Counted from the stretch's first letter, positions 12,913 to 26,866 are shown. The stretch: DNA of 64,000 nucleotides from Bigelowiella natans CCMP2755 (GCA_000320545.1 ADNK01001866.1:1-64000), one strand, 5' to 3'. Made by a program: numbers and translations. The notes: generated by a model not told the origin, from the sequence alone.

Positions 12913-14260
12913 AGTACTAGTAGTTAGTATTGGTAATTCTTGATATGCTTAGGCAGTTGCAGCACTTAAAAGACAGATCCTCGTATTTTCTACTACTGCT
13001 ACATATGATGATTAAAACTACTCTCTGCCTCGTGAGTAGGAGGTGTTTCAACACCACCACTGCCACCAACCTCTCTCGCTCCCACCATCTATCTATCCAC
13101 ATCAATCAATCAATCAATCAAACAGACAATCACCTTTGAAGAAGCAGGGGTGGCGACAAGGGATACGTTGTTTTGCTCTGCAGCTTCCCAAGCGTCGACG
13201 ACTTGCGGGTGGCATAAGGACTTTCCGAAACCCTTGATCAAAGCCTCGTACACAATGCTCGTCGCCCTGACGTCGTTGTCGTTTTCCATCATATCCATCA
13301 CCTGTCAATACGACGATGACGACGAAAAGAACGATGAGGATGAGGGGGGAGGTATGCGTGGCTGCGGATCATTGGAGAATTGCTGCTCTGTAGGAGCATG
13401 GTGTATATCTCGTACATTGTGTATGTGTTTGTGTGTTTGTGCGTGTGTGTGTGCGCGCGTTGTTGTATTGTGCTAAGCTGGGGGAGGGGGTAATCAGGGT
13501 TATGGGGCAGGAAAATACGGATGGTGATGGCTACCACCTTGTCGACGCTTCGAGAGTAATTAGATGCGGCGAGAATGCGGAGTGCGTGTGCATATGTCTT
13601 CTCGTCGCATGGAACTCGCATCGCCTCCATCTGAGATAGAGTGGGGAGCACCTTCTCGGGGTCGTCCGCAGTGAGAATCATGGCGTTGTAGACAGCAGTT
13701 GTAGGCCGCACTAAATCGCGGCCCATTGAGGCGAAGATCTCCGTCGCACGCGCACGCCCTTCTGCGCCGCCTAAATTGTTGGGTACAAGTGGTGACGAGG
13801 ATGATGATGAAGGCGATAAAGAGGAATGATATGCCTGTATGCATGCATACATGCATTTGTGCGTGTGTGTGAATTGATAGTGAAGAGGATTGCTGAAAAA
13901 TATATGATTTGGAAATGGAAAAGGGGGGGGGGGGATATAGAGAGGCAAAAATATATAGCCTGTAGGTGGCCAAATGATAATATTTTTTTGGTTGTCGTCA
14001 TTTTCTTCACCCACCATAGCGGCAGCAGCGTATGATGCTCCCATATGTCTGGGGATAGGGCGCTGCGGCTGACGACCCGCCCTCGTTCCGCATACGTAAC
14101 CATAGCTTGAGAGAAGACTCCCAATCGCGATTTGCTTCATACACCTAATAAGGTAGTATCAACCTTTAAATATCAATTCGTAAATATTGATGGAAACAGA
14201 ATAGACAGGCAGTCCGGAGGATAATAATACTTAGAGAAACCTTCATGTGGTATTCAACAG

Positions 14261-14312
<52 letters not shown>

Positions 14313-15222
14313 ACATCTAGACAACCCGGCTGAGTGCGTCGTAGGAATCCATTGTAGGCCGGACACCATGCTCCTCCATAAGCGCAATGACCTTCTCCGC
14401 CTCACTGCTCGGCCCTCCTCGTCTTTGAAAGGACTCGATCAAACTTGTGTACATAGAGGCTGGCAACAGGCCCTTCCTACTACTACTACTACTACTGATG
14501 CTGCTTCCCCCTTTCTCACCCCCCCTTCTTAATTGTTGCTGTTGTTGAAATGCTAACAGCTTCTCGAACTGCTGAAGGGCTCGTTGCCACTGACCGATCT
14601 TGCAGAACCCCTGAAATTCTAGCTCAAGCTGTCTTCTGGCTGCTACACCGCCCCCACCTCGGGAGAAAGCTAACGAGGAATATCGCCCATCAGCAGCACC
14701 GCCACTACGACTACCACCACCATCTCCGCTACTACTACTGCTACTGCCTCTGCGGATCTTCGATGACGATGACGATGACGAAACTAGCGATGATGCAGAA
14801 GGTCTATCTTCGACGCTACTGCTGCGGGCCAACAGGTTGTGACGGTTCTTTCTTCCAGCTCTACCGTCCATAACCTCCCTCGGTGAGCATAGGTGTAATG
14901 ATCTAGAAGATGAGCATGGAACAATCGGAAAGGCGCTCAAGCGGTGCTGACGGTTTCTCTGTATCCGTCTTCCAAGGTGAACCCTACAGCCTACCTCGTA
15001 AGCAGCAGCAGCAGCCATCATCGTCCTACCGGGGGAGGACCCTACTATACTTTGGTGCTCCCCCACTTGGCGGCGGGAGATTAATCGGGCTCTTGTACTG
15101 AATGCTGCCTTCAGTGCAGTAGCACCACTACTATTACTTGGAATGGAGGCTAAAAGCATAGCTATTGTCATGCCGACTCTAACAATGTCTATTGAACATC
15201 CTCTGCTCCTAGCTGCTAACAT
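10246..15222 (-). CDS. Pentatricopeptide repeat (PPR) protein, multi-exon, with a putative bipartite plastid-targeting presequence
   Basis: PPR-like motifs include MYTSLIESFQRRGG..EAEKVIALMEEHGVRPT, VYNAMILTAD, VYEALIKGFGK, SFVSLISAAAR, AYNALMSGYLRTGLCQEAERLLEDM, TFTAAIGSC and IYSQVIEASC. The N-terminus is hydrophobic then R/S-rich. The 3' end is uncertain. Confidence 0.85.
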
Positions 15223-16862
15223 TTTGAATCAGCCGGAGGAGGAGGAGGAGGAGTAACTACTATTGGGGATCCGCAATATCGTGATGCTCACGGTCCCAAA
15301 ATATCCACCACAGACTCACTATTTCTCTTTTTAGTTGCCTGATATAAAAAGCTCCGTTCAGTTCACATCATCCGGACCCGAAAACACACAAAACCACCTC
15401 ATTATTCCGATTTGGAAAATCTACTAAAACTAATGTTTTGTGCCTTGGTAAAGGAACAAGCTAGATCATTGTGTGATAAGATTGTTTTGATAAATCCTGC
15501 AGAGAGGTCAAGAAGCCAACTAGTCGCGTAATAAAACGAATATTGTTGATCTGAACTAGCAGCGAGTTCATGTCGGTGTTGGTATGCATCATAAAAAGAG
15601 GCAGATAGCTCGAACGAACGCTAAATCAGGTAAGATCACCAGCACCAACTCACAACTCTTACCTTTATAAAGAATCATTCGACTGGAGTGTCTTCTACCA
15701 CGGTGCACGGAGAAGAAAAAATGTTTCCTTCTGGGTACGGGAGGGGACAGGTTAACACGGGTATGTGTTGATACTACCACCAAATTGTACGTGCGGCTTG
15801 TACGAATTGATGTCGCAGGCAGTTATCACCCTCCGCTTATCGTACGGTCCCTTTAAAGGTGCCGATCTGGGAGATCTTACGGAGATCACCTCTCAACGCC
15901 ACGAAGTAGAAATTACGGAACTATTTCTAGCTTTTGATTTTGTTGTGAGTTGTTTCCAGAAGAAGAGAGGGAGAGAGCTAGATCTAGGATAAAATTCGCA
16001 GCATGTTCTGGCGCACATGGATAAAGAAAGGCAGTGGTGGAAGTGGTTGTGCATGTAGTGGACAGAAAAGAAGCAACCACTACCAAGACCAAATAATTAT
16101 GCGATGATGATGACGATGATGCGAATCGAGGAAATATCCTGTGAAAGGAGGATGTCGCATCGGAGAAATCCCTCTTCATCCAGAGGGGATTGGCTACGGT
16201 GATGTCACCGGCTACAGGAGAGGGATGATTTTCGAAATATAGCGACAAATTCGTTGTCGTCAATGCAAAATACAGAAGATCCTTACGAATATCCTCATTT
16301 TCCAAGAAATTGATCTGGCAGGAAACAGTGAGATGGCTACCGATGCGAGCGATGATGAGAAGGTTCCCCACCCTCCTTCCCTCCCGCCAATCGCCCAGAT
16401 TTTATCGCATGCCTCTTTAGACAATGATAATTCTTGGAATTGTTATGCGTGGCATTGTGCAGTAGCTTATGAGAGAGGAGAATGTGGTTGTGGTAGTAGC
16501 GATAAATCATACAAATTAGCTGGTTACGCGCCATGCTGCTGTGAGTGAAGCGAATACACCAAATTTGTCCTAGAAAGTGGTCATTTTTACAACCAAGTCA
16601 ATTATCCAATGCGGAAGTACACCCACCCGTGTTGGGTTACGGTATGCGGTGGCGCTGTAGCTGGGCCGGAGATCGATCGTCTGTTTTCTTATCGGAGACG
16701 ACTATGATGATGATGATGATGATGATGATGACGATGAACACCCAACTTAGCCTTGCGGTGAGATTGTAGATGATACAGTATGTTACAGTTGCGTAGTAGT
16801 GGTGGTGGTAGAAGCAGTAGTAGTAGTATTAACACGATTGACCTGCGAATCAGGTGAGCTTG

Positions 16863-17700
16863 ATGGGGCGAATCAGCAGCGCCATTGCAAGCCAAACCGT
16901 TGACCGAATTAAGGCTGAGGGAAGTAAAGTTGCAGAGATGATAACGAAGGGCCCTATGTCTCTCACTGCCATGTGTCTCCTTGGTACGTTGCGAAATTGC
17001 TCACGAATAATGGGAAAAGTTTTTTCTAAACACTCTTTCTTCACACCTTGCAAACAGGAGGCCTCCTTACGACGCTGTCTGGGTTCTTTGGCATGCTGAA
17101 TATATTATCTCCCCTCGATATTCTCCCATCGGTACGGACACCATCCAAGAGAGGGTGGATGCGCAGCATATATTGCATGAATAACACCCCATCATCATCA
17201 TCATCATCATCATCATCGTCATTAATTACTTAGGTGTACAACTTCGTGTTTGGGCTTCTGATGATATTCTTGGAGGTGCACCACAAGATTGGTTATCTTG
17301 GCTTCTTGTATCGAAAGATTGAGTACTGGTAATAATGAGAAGAAACTTATGTGGAAAAGATAAGAAGGGCGACTTGCAAGGATAAGGGAGTGTGGAGGGG
17401 AGATAGATTGAATTAATTAAGGTGTTGGTGTTTCCATTGGCGGGATCCTTAACATTTGGTATCCCCTCTCTCCGGCTTGCATTAATCTTCCGTGTTTCGT
17501 TGTTCCTGAATCCTCCTTCTGCCCTTTGACAGACATCATCATATTTCAAACACATAATGCATATTGCTCACTGTGCAGGATGCGAATTCTGACGACCCTG
17601 ACAGGTCGTAGCCTGTTTTATTTCTACGTGGGCAGCTTGTTCTTGTCGAGATGGACCTTCTTCGGCATTCTCCTTGGAATGTAATATATGTTATATGTCA

Positions 17701-17739
<39 letters not shown>

Positions 17740-18686
17740 AACAATGAATATACTACCACAACTATCTTTGTTTTCTCAGCATTCCTTGTTGTCTTTCTGC
17801 ACAACCATCAATCCACATTTCTATTCCCCCCCCTCCCAAAACAAATAGGTACATGTGCACGTGTGGAGTGTTCTCGCTCGCCGTTGGTCATGCCACTGCT
17901 AAAAAGTTGGAGGAGTCGCAGACGGAGCTCACGGATATGGAGTCTGGGTATTATGATGATAATGATCATGATGATGATGATGATGATGATGATGATTCAT
18001 TGCTGATTGTAGTGACTAGGGCTATGGGGGGGGGGGAATGTGTGACCGTAGTAGAGGGGCAGGATGCAGGGTTTCTCCTGAGAGGTCGTTCCATCATGCA
18101 ATGCATTTCCCCTCTCCCCCCCCCCCCCTGCTGCTCATCAGGGAGAAGGTCGAGTTCATCAAGAAGAAGTTTAACGAGTATGACCATGATGGTTCGGGAG
18201 TGATTGACGCCGTTGAGATGCCAAGGTGCCTGTTTGCATAAATACAGGGATTGATGATGAAGATGAGGATGATGAGGATGATGATGATGACGATAATGCA
18301 TAAGAGAGAACCACCGCTGTACTGTGCAAGCCTCCGCCTTTTAATGTGGCCGTTGTCGTCTCCTCCTCCTCCTCCTCCTCTTACGGATCCATACTTGATC
18401 ACCCATGCATAGCATACCGCACCGAATGCAAGCTGAATACATGTGTATCTTTTTCAGTGTGCTTCTATATGTGTGTGTGTGTGTGTGGGTGTGTGTGTGT
18501 TCGTGAATCAACTTTGACTACTGTCCTTCTGCTGCTCTATAAAGCCTATTAAAGGGGCTAGGCATAGAACTGAACGAGCCAGAAATTGAGTCCGCGCTGT
18601 TGATTCTCGACACCAACGGAACTGGAAAGATTGAGTATGACGAATTCAAGAGCTGGCTAATGGGTCGGGACTTGAACTTCGTGTAG
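16863..18686 (+). CDS. COPI-associated/TVP15-like multi-pass membrane protein with a C-terminal EF-hand pair
   Basis: The spliced product includes YNFVFGLLMIFLE, EYWMRILTTLTGRSLFYFYVGSLFL (COPI_assoc-type GRxxFY motif), and EF loops DHDGSGVIDAVE and DTNGTGKIEYDE. Stop TAG at 18684-18686. Confidence 0.8.
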
Positions 18687-19483
18687 GAGGAATCCTCGTC
18701 ACTTGAGGACAGTAGAAGATGAAGTAAAACAACAACAATAACAACAACAACACATCAATAACTACTGCATATGCATCTAGCCAGGGGCAAAATCAAGTGC
18801 ATATGCGCACAGTGTTCCGATCGAGCCAGGCCTAGAATTTTAAGTCTAGATGTTAAACACCTTACTACTAAGCTGCTGCCCTGTCTATATAGATCTAGAA
18901 GTGTTGTACATGGACCAGCGGTTATAACAGCATTGATCACTAGTGAAATAATATGTCACACTCGCAAGCATGCAAGTCTAGAACTAGAGAAGTGTGCGCA
19001 TGTTGTCGACAGTACGTGCATCGCATTGCAACAGCACTGCGTACATACAGTGGCACTAGCTAGCTAGTTAGACTAGCTGCATCGCAAGACTGCTGCGATG
19101 CAGCTTCGATCCGCAATGCGATGACCGCATGCACTAGTACGTACGGCTAGATGGCACACGCGCATGCATGTCATTGCATCATCTTGCAAGCTAGAAAGGT
19201 GATGCCACATACGCTTTCAATCTAGCTTTGTTGCGCATGCGCGCCTGCTTGCGCGATCGTACACACGCATGCTACACTATCACAGTACAGGTTGGTCATC
19301 ACCACATCGCGTTTGAAAGCATGCATGCATTCACACGCATTGATCGCGCAATACAACAGCAACCCTTTTCTTTGGCTTGTCGTAGCCACATACATCATCG
19401 ATCTGTGTGTGTATATTTGTGTGTGTGTGTGTGTGAGTGTGAGTACATGATAGAATGTGTAGATGTTGCCGCAGCCTTGCTTA

Positions 19484-19536
19484 GCTACATTAGAGTTAAC
19501 ATTGAAACTTTTAATTTGTTCATTACATCCGTCTCA
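19484..19536 (+). repeat. Dispersed intergenic motif, copy A
   Basis: gctacattagagttaacattgaaacttttaatttgttcattacatccgtctca is nearly colinear with 27703-27756. Confidence 0.75.
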
Positions 19537-19726
19537 CATGCATTAATTTTGTCATCACAAAGTCGCAGGCTACCATGAAGGCCCTGATCATCATGTACTT
19601 GTCACCCATGAATCACATTGACCCATGCAGGATAACAGAGCTGTTTTTTGGCCAATAAAATTCGCTCTTTTTAAACCGTTTTGAGAAACTAGATGTGCCA
19701 GGAAGACTCCGAATCCGTCGCAGACT

Positions 19727-20188
19727 TTAGTTTTTCTTGAGGTAGAAACACAAGTTCCGTACCCCCTGAAACGACATCATAGGCTCGAGCCTTCACGTAC
19801 CTAATAACAAGGAAAGCTGTCAATTATTGCTCTCATTCTCAATACTAAAGATGTTTTTCATTACGGTGGCGCATAGAGATGCAGCGAAAATGCAGGCCGC
19901 CCTGAAACGTTCCGAATACGATGGATGATGTCGCGATTTAAGTAGGTTACAGAATCCGGCGGTAACACTCCTGAGCGTACCAATTGGACACATCGCTCTG
20001 CATATTGCCTCCCGTCCCCGCGACCACTTGCCTTTGCTTTCTGGGTTTGTTCTTCGCATTCAGCTTGCTCCGCTGGAGTCATTTTCGTGGCGTTGCACAC
20101 GTAGTTCTCTTCAAGTAATTGTCCATCGAGGATCTGATATGTGGTTGAAGTTGTTCATGTCGATCACTCGCATCCAATGTAATATATG

Positions 20189-20229
<41 letters not shown>

Positions 20230-20495
20230 TTGTGTACAACATGATCTTTGTTGCGATGACGAGCATCCGACCTTAATCCAGTTGAAAGAGCCTTGATGGT
20301 CGTGGATGGGGGTGCCTTGGTCCTTGTCCCAGCACGTCAGAATCAGCATCCATTTTTCTGACTGCCCGATCAACACACGCGTGAAGTGCTCTGGGTGCAA
20401 TCTAATGATGATGATGATGATGAAGAAGATAATGACGATAATGATGATGATGATGATGATGATAGAGATAATTGTGAGTTCACTAGCAACAGCAC

Positions 20496-20526
<31 letters not shown>

Positions 20527-21373
20527 CATGAAAAGAAGGTTGGGGATGAGTACAAAGAAGAACAATCAAGATATTCTCCTCCTCCTCCTCCTCCAGCAGC
20601 TAATTGGTGTGGACGAAAAGCAGCAACCTTGCATGCATGCGCCACTCTTCGGGATTGATCTGTATCTGCGACATGAGGTTGGTGATTCTCTCGTGGATGG
20701 TGGCCTCATCGTCCCCCTTTTCCTCCCCCTTGATGAACACATCGTCGAGAAGCGACTGGAAAGCGGAGAGGTTGGAGAAGATCTCGCCGCCCCTCCACTC
20801 CCCAGGGTAGCTCTCGATGATCTGAGAGAACATCTGACCGTAGTGGACTACAGGGATCTTCTTCTCCTCGCCGTTGGAGCACTCATACGTCAACTGGAGG
20901 TAGGGCGGACTGATAATTTATGACGATGATGACGATGATGATGATGACGATGATGATGATGATGACAATGTGGGATGATAAAAATCATGAGACTTTTTAG
21001 TATTCATGGTGACAAAGATACTGTTTGCAGGAGAGTAATAGTATTAAAAGTGTAGCTGCTGCAAGGGGGAGTGGGGAACGATGAAGAAAGGGCTATCATA
21101 AGGAAAAACACAACTACCACACACATCATCACCACCACCACCATCATCGTCATCATCATCATCATCATCAATCATCACAAACTTACTACATACCTATACA
21201 CATGCAGAGACACTGCCGTTTCAGAATCATCACAACGGTTGCCAAGCTGGTGACTAGCATCATCCGGTCCCTCGTAAATCACGGGACTATGGACGTCGAT
21301 CACCTCAGACGATTCCACCTGAAGATCTACTTGATCAAGGCCAGAGCACTAATGGTGATCGTCGTCCGATACA

Positions 21374-21416
<43 letters not shown>

Positions 21417-21489
21417 CAAGAAGAAGAAGCAGAACAACAACAATACCATAAAAATCGATTATAATTTATACCGATGTGTTCGATGAATG

Positions 21490-21531
<42 letters not shown>

Positions 21532-22371
21532 ATTAGTATGGCCGCTGCTTGGAAATTGACGACGACCTGTTTCAATCTCATCTCCTCATCATCCTTAAAG
21601 TGAACCATCTTCAACTCTCCGGACAGCACCTATGCCAAAGATAGTAGCGAAACTAACATCAATGCACAATATAATACTACATTGTACATTCATACAAAAG
21701 GTCATGTTGTCCTTGCGAAGCTTTGCCGTATCACGCATCATTTCTGGCCTGCAATGAGGTTATTTCTGTTCTCCCATGCTCTCTATGCCATCATTGACTC
21801 CCCCCCCCCTCCCCCCTACCTTGAACCAGGAGTGCCTGTCCTCCCCATGACGGTGGGGTGGGGTTGATTGTCCTGGATTCCAGCAGAGAAGCATCACTGA
21901 AAATCTCTCGCTTAACTGACAGCAAAAACAACAACAATAACATTGAGCAGCTTGAGAAGGCGACAGAAGAGATGAACTGATGATGCCGTTGAAGAAGAAG
22001 AAGAAGGGCTGTTATTGCCAACAAGAGCATAGGAGAAAGGGGTGATGATGTAAGGCATGATGATACCAGCAGCAGGTTCCTCGTGTAGTTGCGCTCTCCA
22101 AAGTTGACGAATCGCTCCCTAGGGGGGAAGTTGAGTTGGGAAAGGTAAAAATAGTAATATGTAGGAAAAGAACCAACATCTCACGATACGATCACCCATA
22201 CAGAAAGGGATGTCGAGTATAGAAAAGTCTCTGGTAATGCAAACGAAGTTCTTGTTGTTGACAACCATTCATCTGGAGATAAGACCAACTTCTCCAGCAA
22301 GGCCTGCGTATCATTCTCATCATCATCATCATCATCATCATCACGACATATACGAGGCATACGCAGCGCAC

Positions 22372-22402
<31 letters not shown>

Positions 22403-22527
22403 CGTGTTCAAAAACCACCACCAGGAAGTACGACTACGGCATGGTAGTGGGACTTTATACAGGGGGGCACAATAAAGGCTCTTAATCATTCGGAGTAGCC
22501 ACAAGTTGCTGTTTTCCCAACACATCT

Positions 22528-22558
<31 letters not shown>

Positions 22559-23385
22559 TGCTATTATGATTATGATTATGATTATGATTATTGTTATTGT
22601 TATAGATCACCCCGATGGCGCGTTCCCCTCCGTCAGCACTATCAAGCTCTAGATTGACTCTTTCAACGAATGTGTCGAGGCTGCAAGGAGTAGGAGTCGT
22701 TCCGTCAATAAAATTGCAATTTTATATAAATCATCCTTCGGTTTGGAAAACAATTATGAAGATGCACACCGCAGAGAGAAGAGCGGCAACATTCTCCAAT
22801 GACATTAGAGGGGGGGGGGGTTGGTTTGAAACACACAGATATTAGATATAATACAGATGTATTCTCAAGGAGTCATGTCTCACCACACAGATCATCAATA
22901 CGCGACTTACCTGATTTTGTCCACATTGTTGAGTATGTTGTGTGTATCCTCCTCTGATGAGCGGTTGGTGTTCAAAGACAGCACGGTTAACCATGAGATT
23001 ACATTGGAGGGTGGGAAGAGAGAGGGAGGGGGGGGGGGGGGAGTCGCCTCGGGAAAATAGAGGAAAGAATGTGACTCTAAAGAACACTAGATACTAACGT
23101 CTTACGCAAATACTGTACTACCGTGATGATCTTCAACTGCTGGAGTATTACTGCGTTTACCTTGGTACACAGTTCCCAAAGATACAAGCTTTCGCATGCC
23201 TTCAGTAAAGGATGATGATAAATGGGTTGTTATCTCCAACATCGACAGAAGAGATGGTGGTGATCATAATAATAATAATAAAGCGTACATGCATATCATA
23301 CATGTATATATGTGTATGTATAATTTACATACATGAATGTGGATGTATGTCGCCATCATCTTCATTTTTCTCATCATCGTCATCG

Positions 23386-23416
<31 letters not shown>

Positions 23417-24014
23417 GTGCTGCTATGACGTACTTGTTACTCGGTCGAAAACGTAGCATTGACTGTAAGGAGGAGAGTATATATGCAGGGAAACGCATGG
23501 AGTATCGCTGCGAGGATTTCCCATCTAATCATCATCACAAACCATCTTTTCAGTTTTGGATTTTGATGATGAACAGTTCAGTGCATTTTTTTCGTGGAAG
23601 AAGAGAGCAATCGCAATCGTTCTCTCAGAACTCATTTTGAGCATATTTCATCGTAGAATAATCATCGTTTCTCTGAGATTGGGTACTTCCCTTGTGTATT
23701 CCGTGCGAGTCGTCGATGTAGGTTGCCTCGTTGGGGTTATAGACAGCCTCGCTAACCAGTCTCAACGCCCCCCCCCCCTCGCCCTCCGGAGGCATCTCGT
23801 ATATCGTTTCTTGAAGCTGTCATCATCAACGCGAGAAAAGGAGGATAAGACGACTTTTATAAATAAATAAATAAATTTGCATATGTATAAGTGCAAGGAG
23901 GGAGAAAGATGTGGGGAGCAATGAAGCAGGAGTTATAACAAATACCTGACCGTCGAGGACTTTTACCCAACAAGATGAAGAGGCATGACTATGGATTGGG
24001 CTCATCTGCAGTGC

Positions 24015-24055
<41 letters not shown>

Positions 24056-25087
24056 TATAAATACATATTAATAACTTCATTATCATCTCTTCCTTTCCCC
24101 TTATAAGGCCACTACTACTACTACTACTACTACTACTGCTGCTGCTGAACTACTGCCACGATAACGCACCTGGCCCCGCTCCCAACATAACAGCAGTACT
24201 GCGAAGTTTGGGTCAAATCCGACTAGCGTCCTTTAACATGGTAGTCACAGAAAGTAGCAGCAGCAGCAGCAGATACACAAAGAATACTGAAATAAGAATT
24301 TCAAAGGGAGCGGCTACCAAAAAAGATAAATTTAGCAAATGAAAACGTCCGAATCTTCGATCTTCGGTCTTCCATAGCCTCACCGCGGGAGGTGACAAGG
24401 TCAGCAAGGGTTAAGCAAAAAGGAAAAGAGTACGATTATAAGGGGAGAGGTACAATACGGATAGTAAAGGAACATCGACCTACCTCGTGTATCGATTGCC
24501 GATAAAGTGTGTGTACTGCCCCCATCTAATGTTGATATTGATCATACGTCAATGTACATACACATACGCCCGCATAAACACGCATTCGGATTCGCACTCG
24601 CACTCGCACACGCACTCACAAATTCATACACATACTCTTTTGGATTAAGTCTAAATGAGCTCAGAAGATTGGTAATCCTCTCTGCTGTAGCAGGGTCCTG
24701 CGGCTTCGTAATGTTCCCCTGTAATTCCTGTTTGAGTAACATAAAAGCAGATGTACACGTTCGGCAATTACACATCGCATAAATGCAGGAAAGCATACAT
24801 AGTATAATGCGAATAATTACCTTTCGAAGTTCAGCGACAAGGGTACCAAAGTCGGTAAAGACAGACTCCCTCTCCTCCTTGGGAAAGAGGATCGGGTGCT
24901 GCAGGTGTTTGGTCTCTATGCTGCTCTGCGCTTGTGCAGTCGATAGCCTGCGGGTGCTTTTCTTTCGGATCCCAGCGCTCATTGCTCCTCTCATAGGATG
25001 CCTTAACCTTGAAGTTTGTTTATATGCACGGCGAAGTAGGTCTAATCTATTCAGTTCCAAGGCGGATCTCATCTTGAGGCACCACAT
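19727..25087 (-). CDS. Cysteine dioxygenase type I family protein with three tandem cupin CDO domains; about 15 or more exons; start and stop approximate
   Basis: Three complete motif sets. D1: YTRTLV..LLCWERGQMSPIHSH..SCWVKVL..IHK..SLHIYSPP. D2: YTRNLL..LLCWNPGQSTPPHRH..HSWFKVL..SHQL..SLHVYSPP. D3: FTRVLI..LTCWDKDQGTPIHDH..FNWIKIL..IHRI..SLHLYAPP. Confidence 0.88.
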
Positions 25088-25851
25088 GGCGCGTTATGTC
25101 AGAGGCCTTTCCCTTAGCAAATTTCTTGCCCCTGCTCTGCAAAAGGACCTGCCTTCTTCTCCCCCCTTCAATATACGGGAAGAATTTGAGGAATCTGAGC
25201 TGCTAGAACAGGATAAGATCGTCAGTCTAACCTTTGATGATGAGAGTTGAGAATGGGAGCGGCGCCGCCTAAAATGGAGTTTTTGCCTCTTGGAAGGTGC
25301 TCCAGCCCCTGCGCCCGAATTCCGAACGGTAAAACAGAAGGAAATACAAGGGAATTTATACCTGCGACAACCCAATCGCTGCGAAGAGTTGGAAGAACAG
25401 TACCTGTCTCTGAGGGTACCCCATCTTCGCAGATACGACCTAAAGAAAAGGAAGGAATGTCGAATTTCTCCGAGCTATACATAAAACAACTTCCTCGCGA
25501 TGGATGACGATACTCCAAACAACAACAACTGGCGGTTCAGGATATTTCCTCGATGAAAAAATGACATGATTCGACATTTGATGTGCTGGATGAAAATGCC
25601 CTGAAACTACCAGCACAAATTAGCAATATTTGCTCGAGAAGGGAGGGTATGTGCTTGGGAGCAAATCGCTTCTTCGTGGCGGAATGCTTTTCGCTAATAA
25701 TATCGGGGAAACCTCTTGAATTTTTTTTCAGAGATTTGTCCGAGGAGGATCGCCGTCGCGAAATATCGGATTGTAGGCCAATTATTTGGGGAGACATGGT
25801 ATAACAGGCCTAAATTTATAATTGTGTACCGGTAGATCAGAAAACAAGGAG

Positions 25852-26438
25852 ATGGCGGTGACCTTGCACACCAACCTGGGCAACCTTAAGATCGAGCTCC
25901 ACTGTGACCTCGTGCCGAAAACATGCAAGGTATGTCTTCGATAATTAGATCGAATCAGATTAAATTGGAAGGACTGTGCAAGGGATAGAAAGTTCTTCAA
26001 TGGGGCGGCTGGGGAAATGAGAGTTGGATGGAATCAGCATCCTTAGTTCGCGCTTGCTGTTTATTTTCTTCTATTCCACCAAAATTTCTGTTATCAATAG
26101 ATGTTATCCTATGAATCTTACGTCTTTTCTGATTACATTTTCTTCCTCAGAAGATGGTATGAGACAATTTCACCGACACTAATTCGACCCCGCAATTCAA
26201 TTTCAGAACTTTCTTGCTTTGAGCGCCAGCGGATACTACGATGGCACCATATTTCATCGTAACATCGCGAAATTCATAATCCAAGGCGGAGATCCGTCTG
26301 GAACTGGAAAGGGGGGTGAAAGGTTCGTAGATTACCTCACTTTGCGTCGTGTCGTCTCGTCACTTCTTTTATTCTTCAGCATATACGGGAAGCATTTTGA
26401 GGATGAGATAACGAGTGCGTTGAAGGTACATTCCTCCA

Positions 26439-26488
<50 letters not shown>

Positions 26489-26866
26489 AATTCATTCCAT
26501 AAAACATTTTCCCTCAGCACTCGGGGCGGGGAGTTGTCTCGATGGCGAACAAAGGGCCGAACACAAACGGCTCCCAATTCTTTATCACATACGGCAAAGC
26601 AAAGCACTTAAACAACGTGAACACAGTCTTTGGAAAGTATGTTGCACAGAATTCTGCACATTAAAATCGATGCACATTCCATTATTAAATTTCCGAAAAG
26701 TTCTGACTAAACAATAATCCTCAGAGTGATACATGGATTCTCCACACTCGATGCAATGGAGCGTACCCCAGTTGGAAGGAAGGATAGGCCAGTAAACAAC
26801 ATCGAAATAAAAAGTGTCACAATTCACTCAAACCCGATAGCTGAGAAAGAAGAGCGTGAGTCGTGA
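25852..26866 (+). CDS. PPIL3: Cyclophilin-type peptidyl-prolyl isomerase (PPIL3-like), 5 exons
   Basis: [74 protein letters not shown]..[25 protein letters not shown]..[24 protein letters not shown]. Confidence 0.93.

Noticed and set aside
15570-16850. Possible extra plus-strand exons upstream of the COPI/EF-hand gene
   Set aside because: Splice-like sites exist, but I could not assemble a consistent open frame or a recognisable product.
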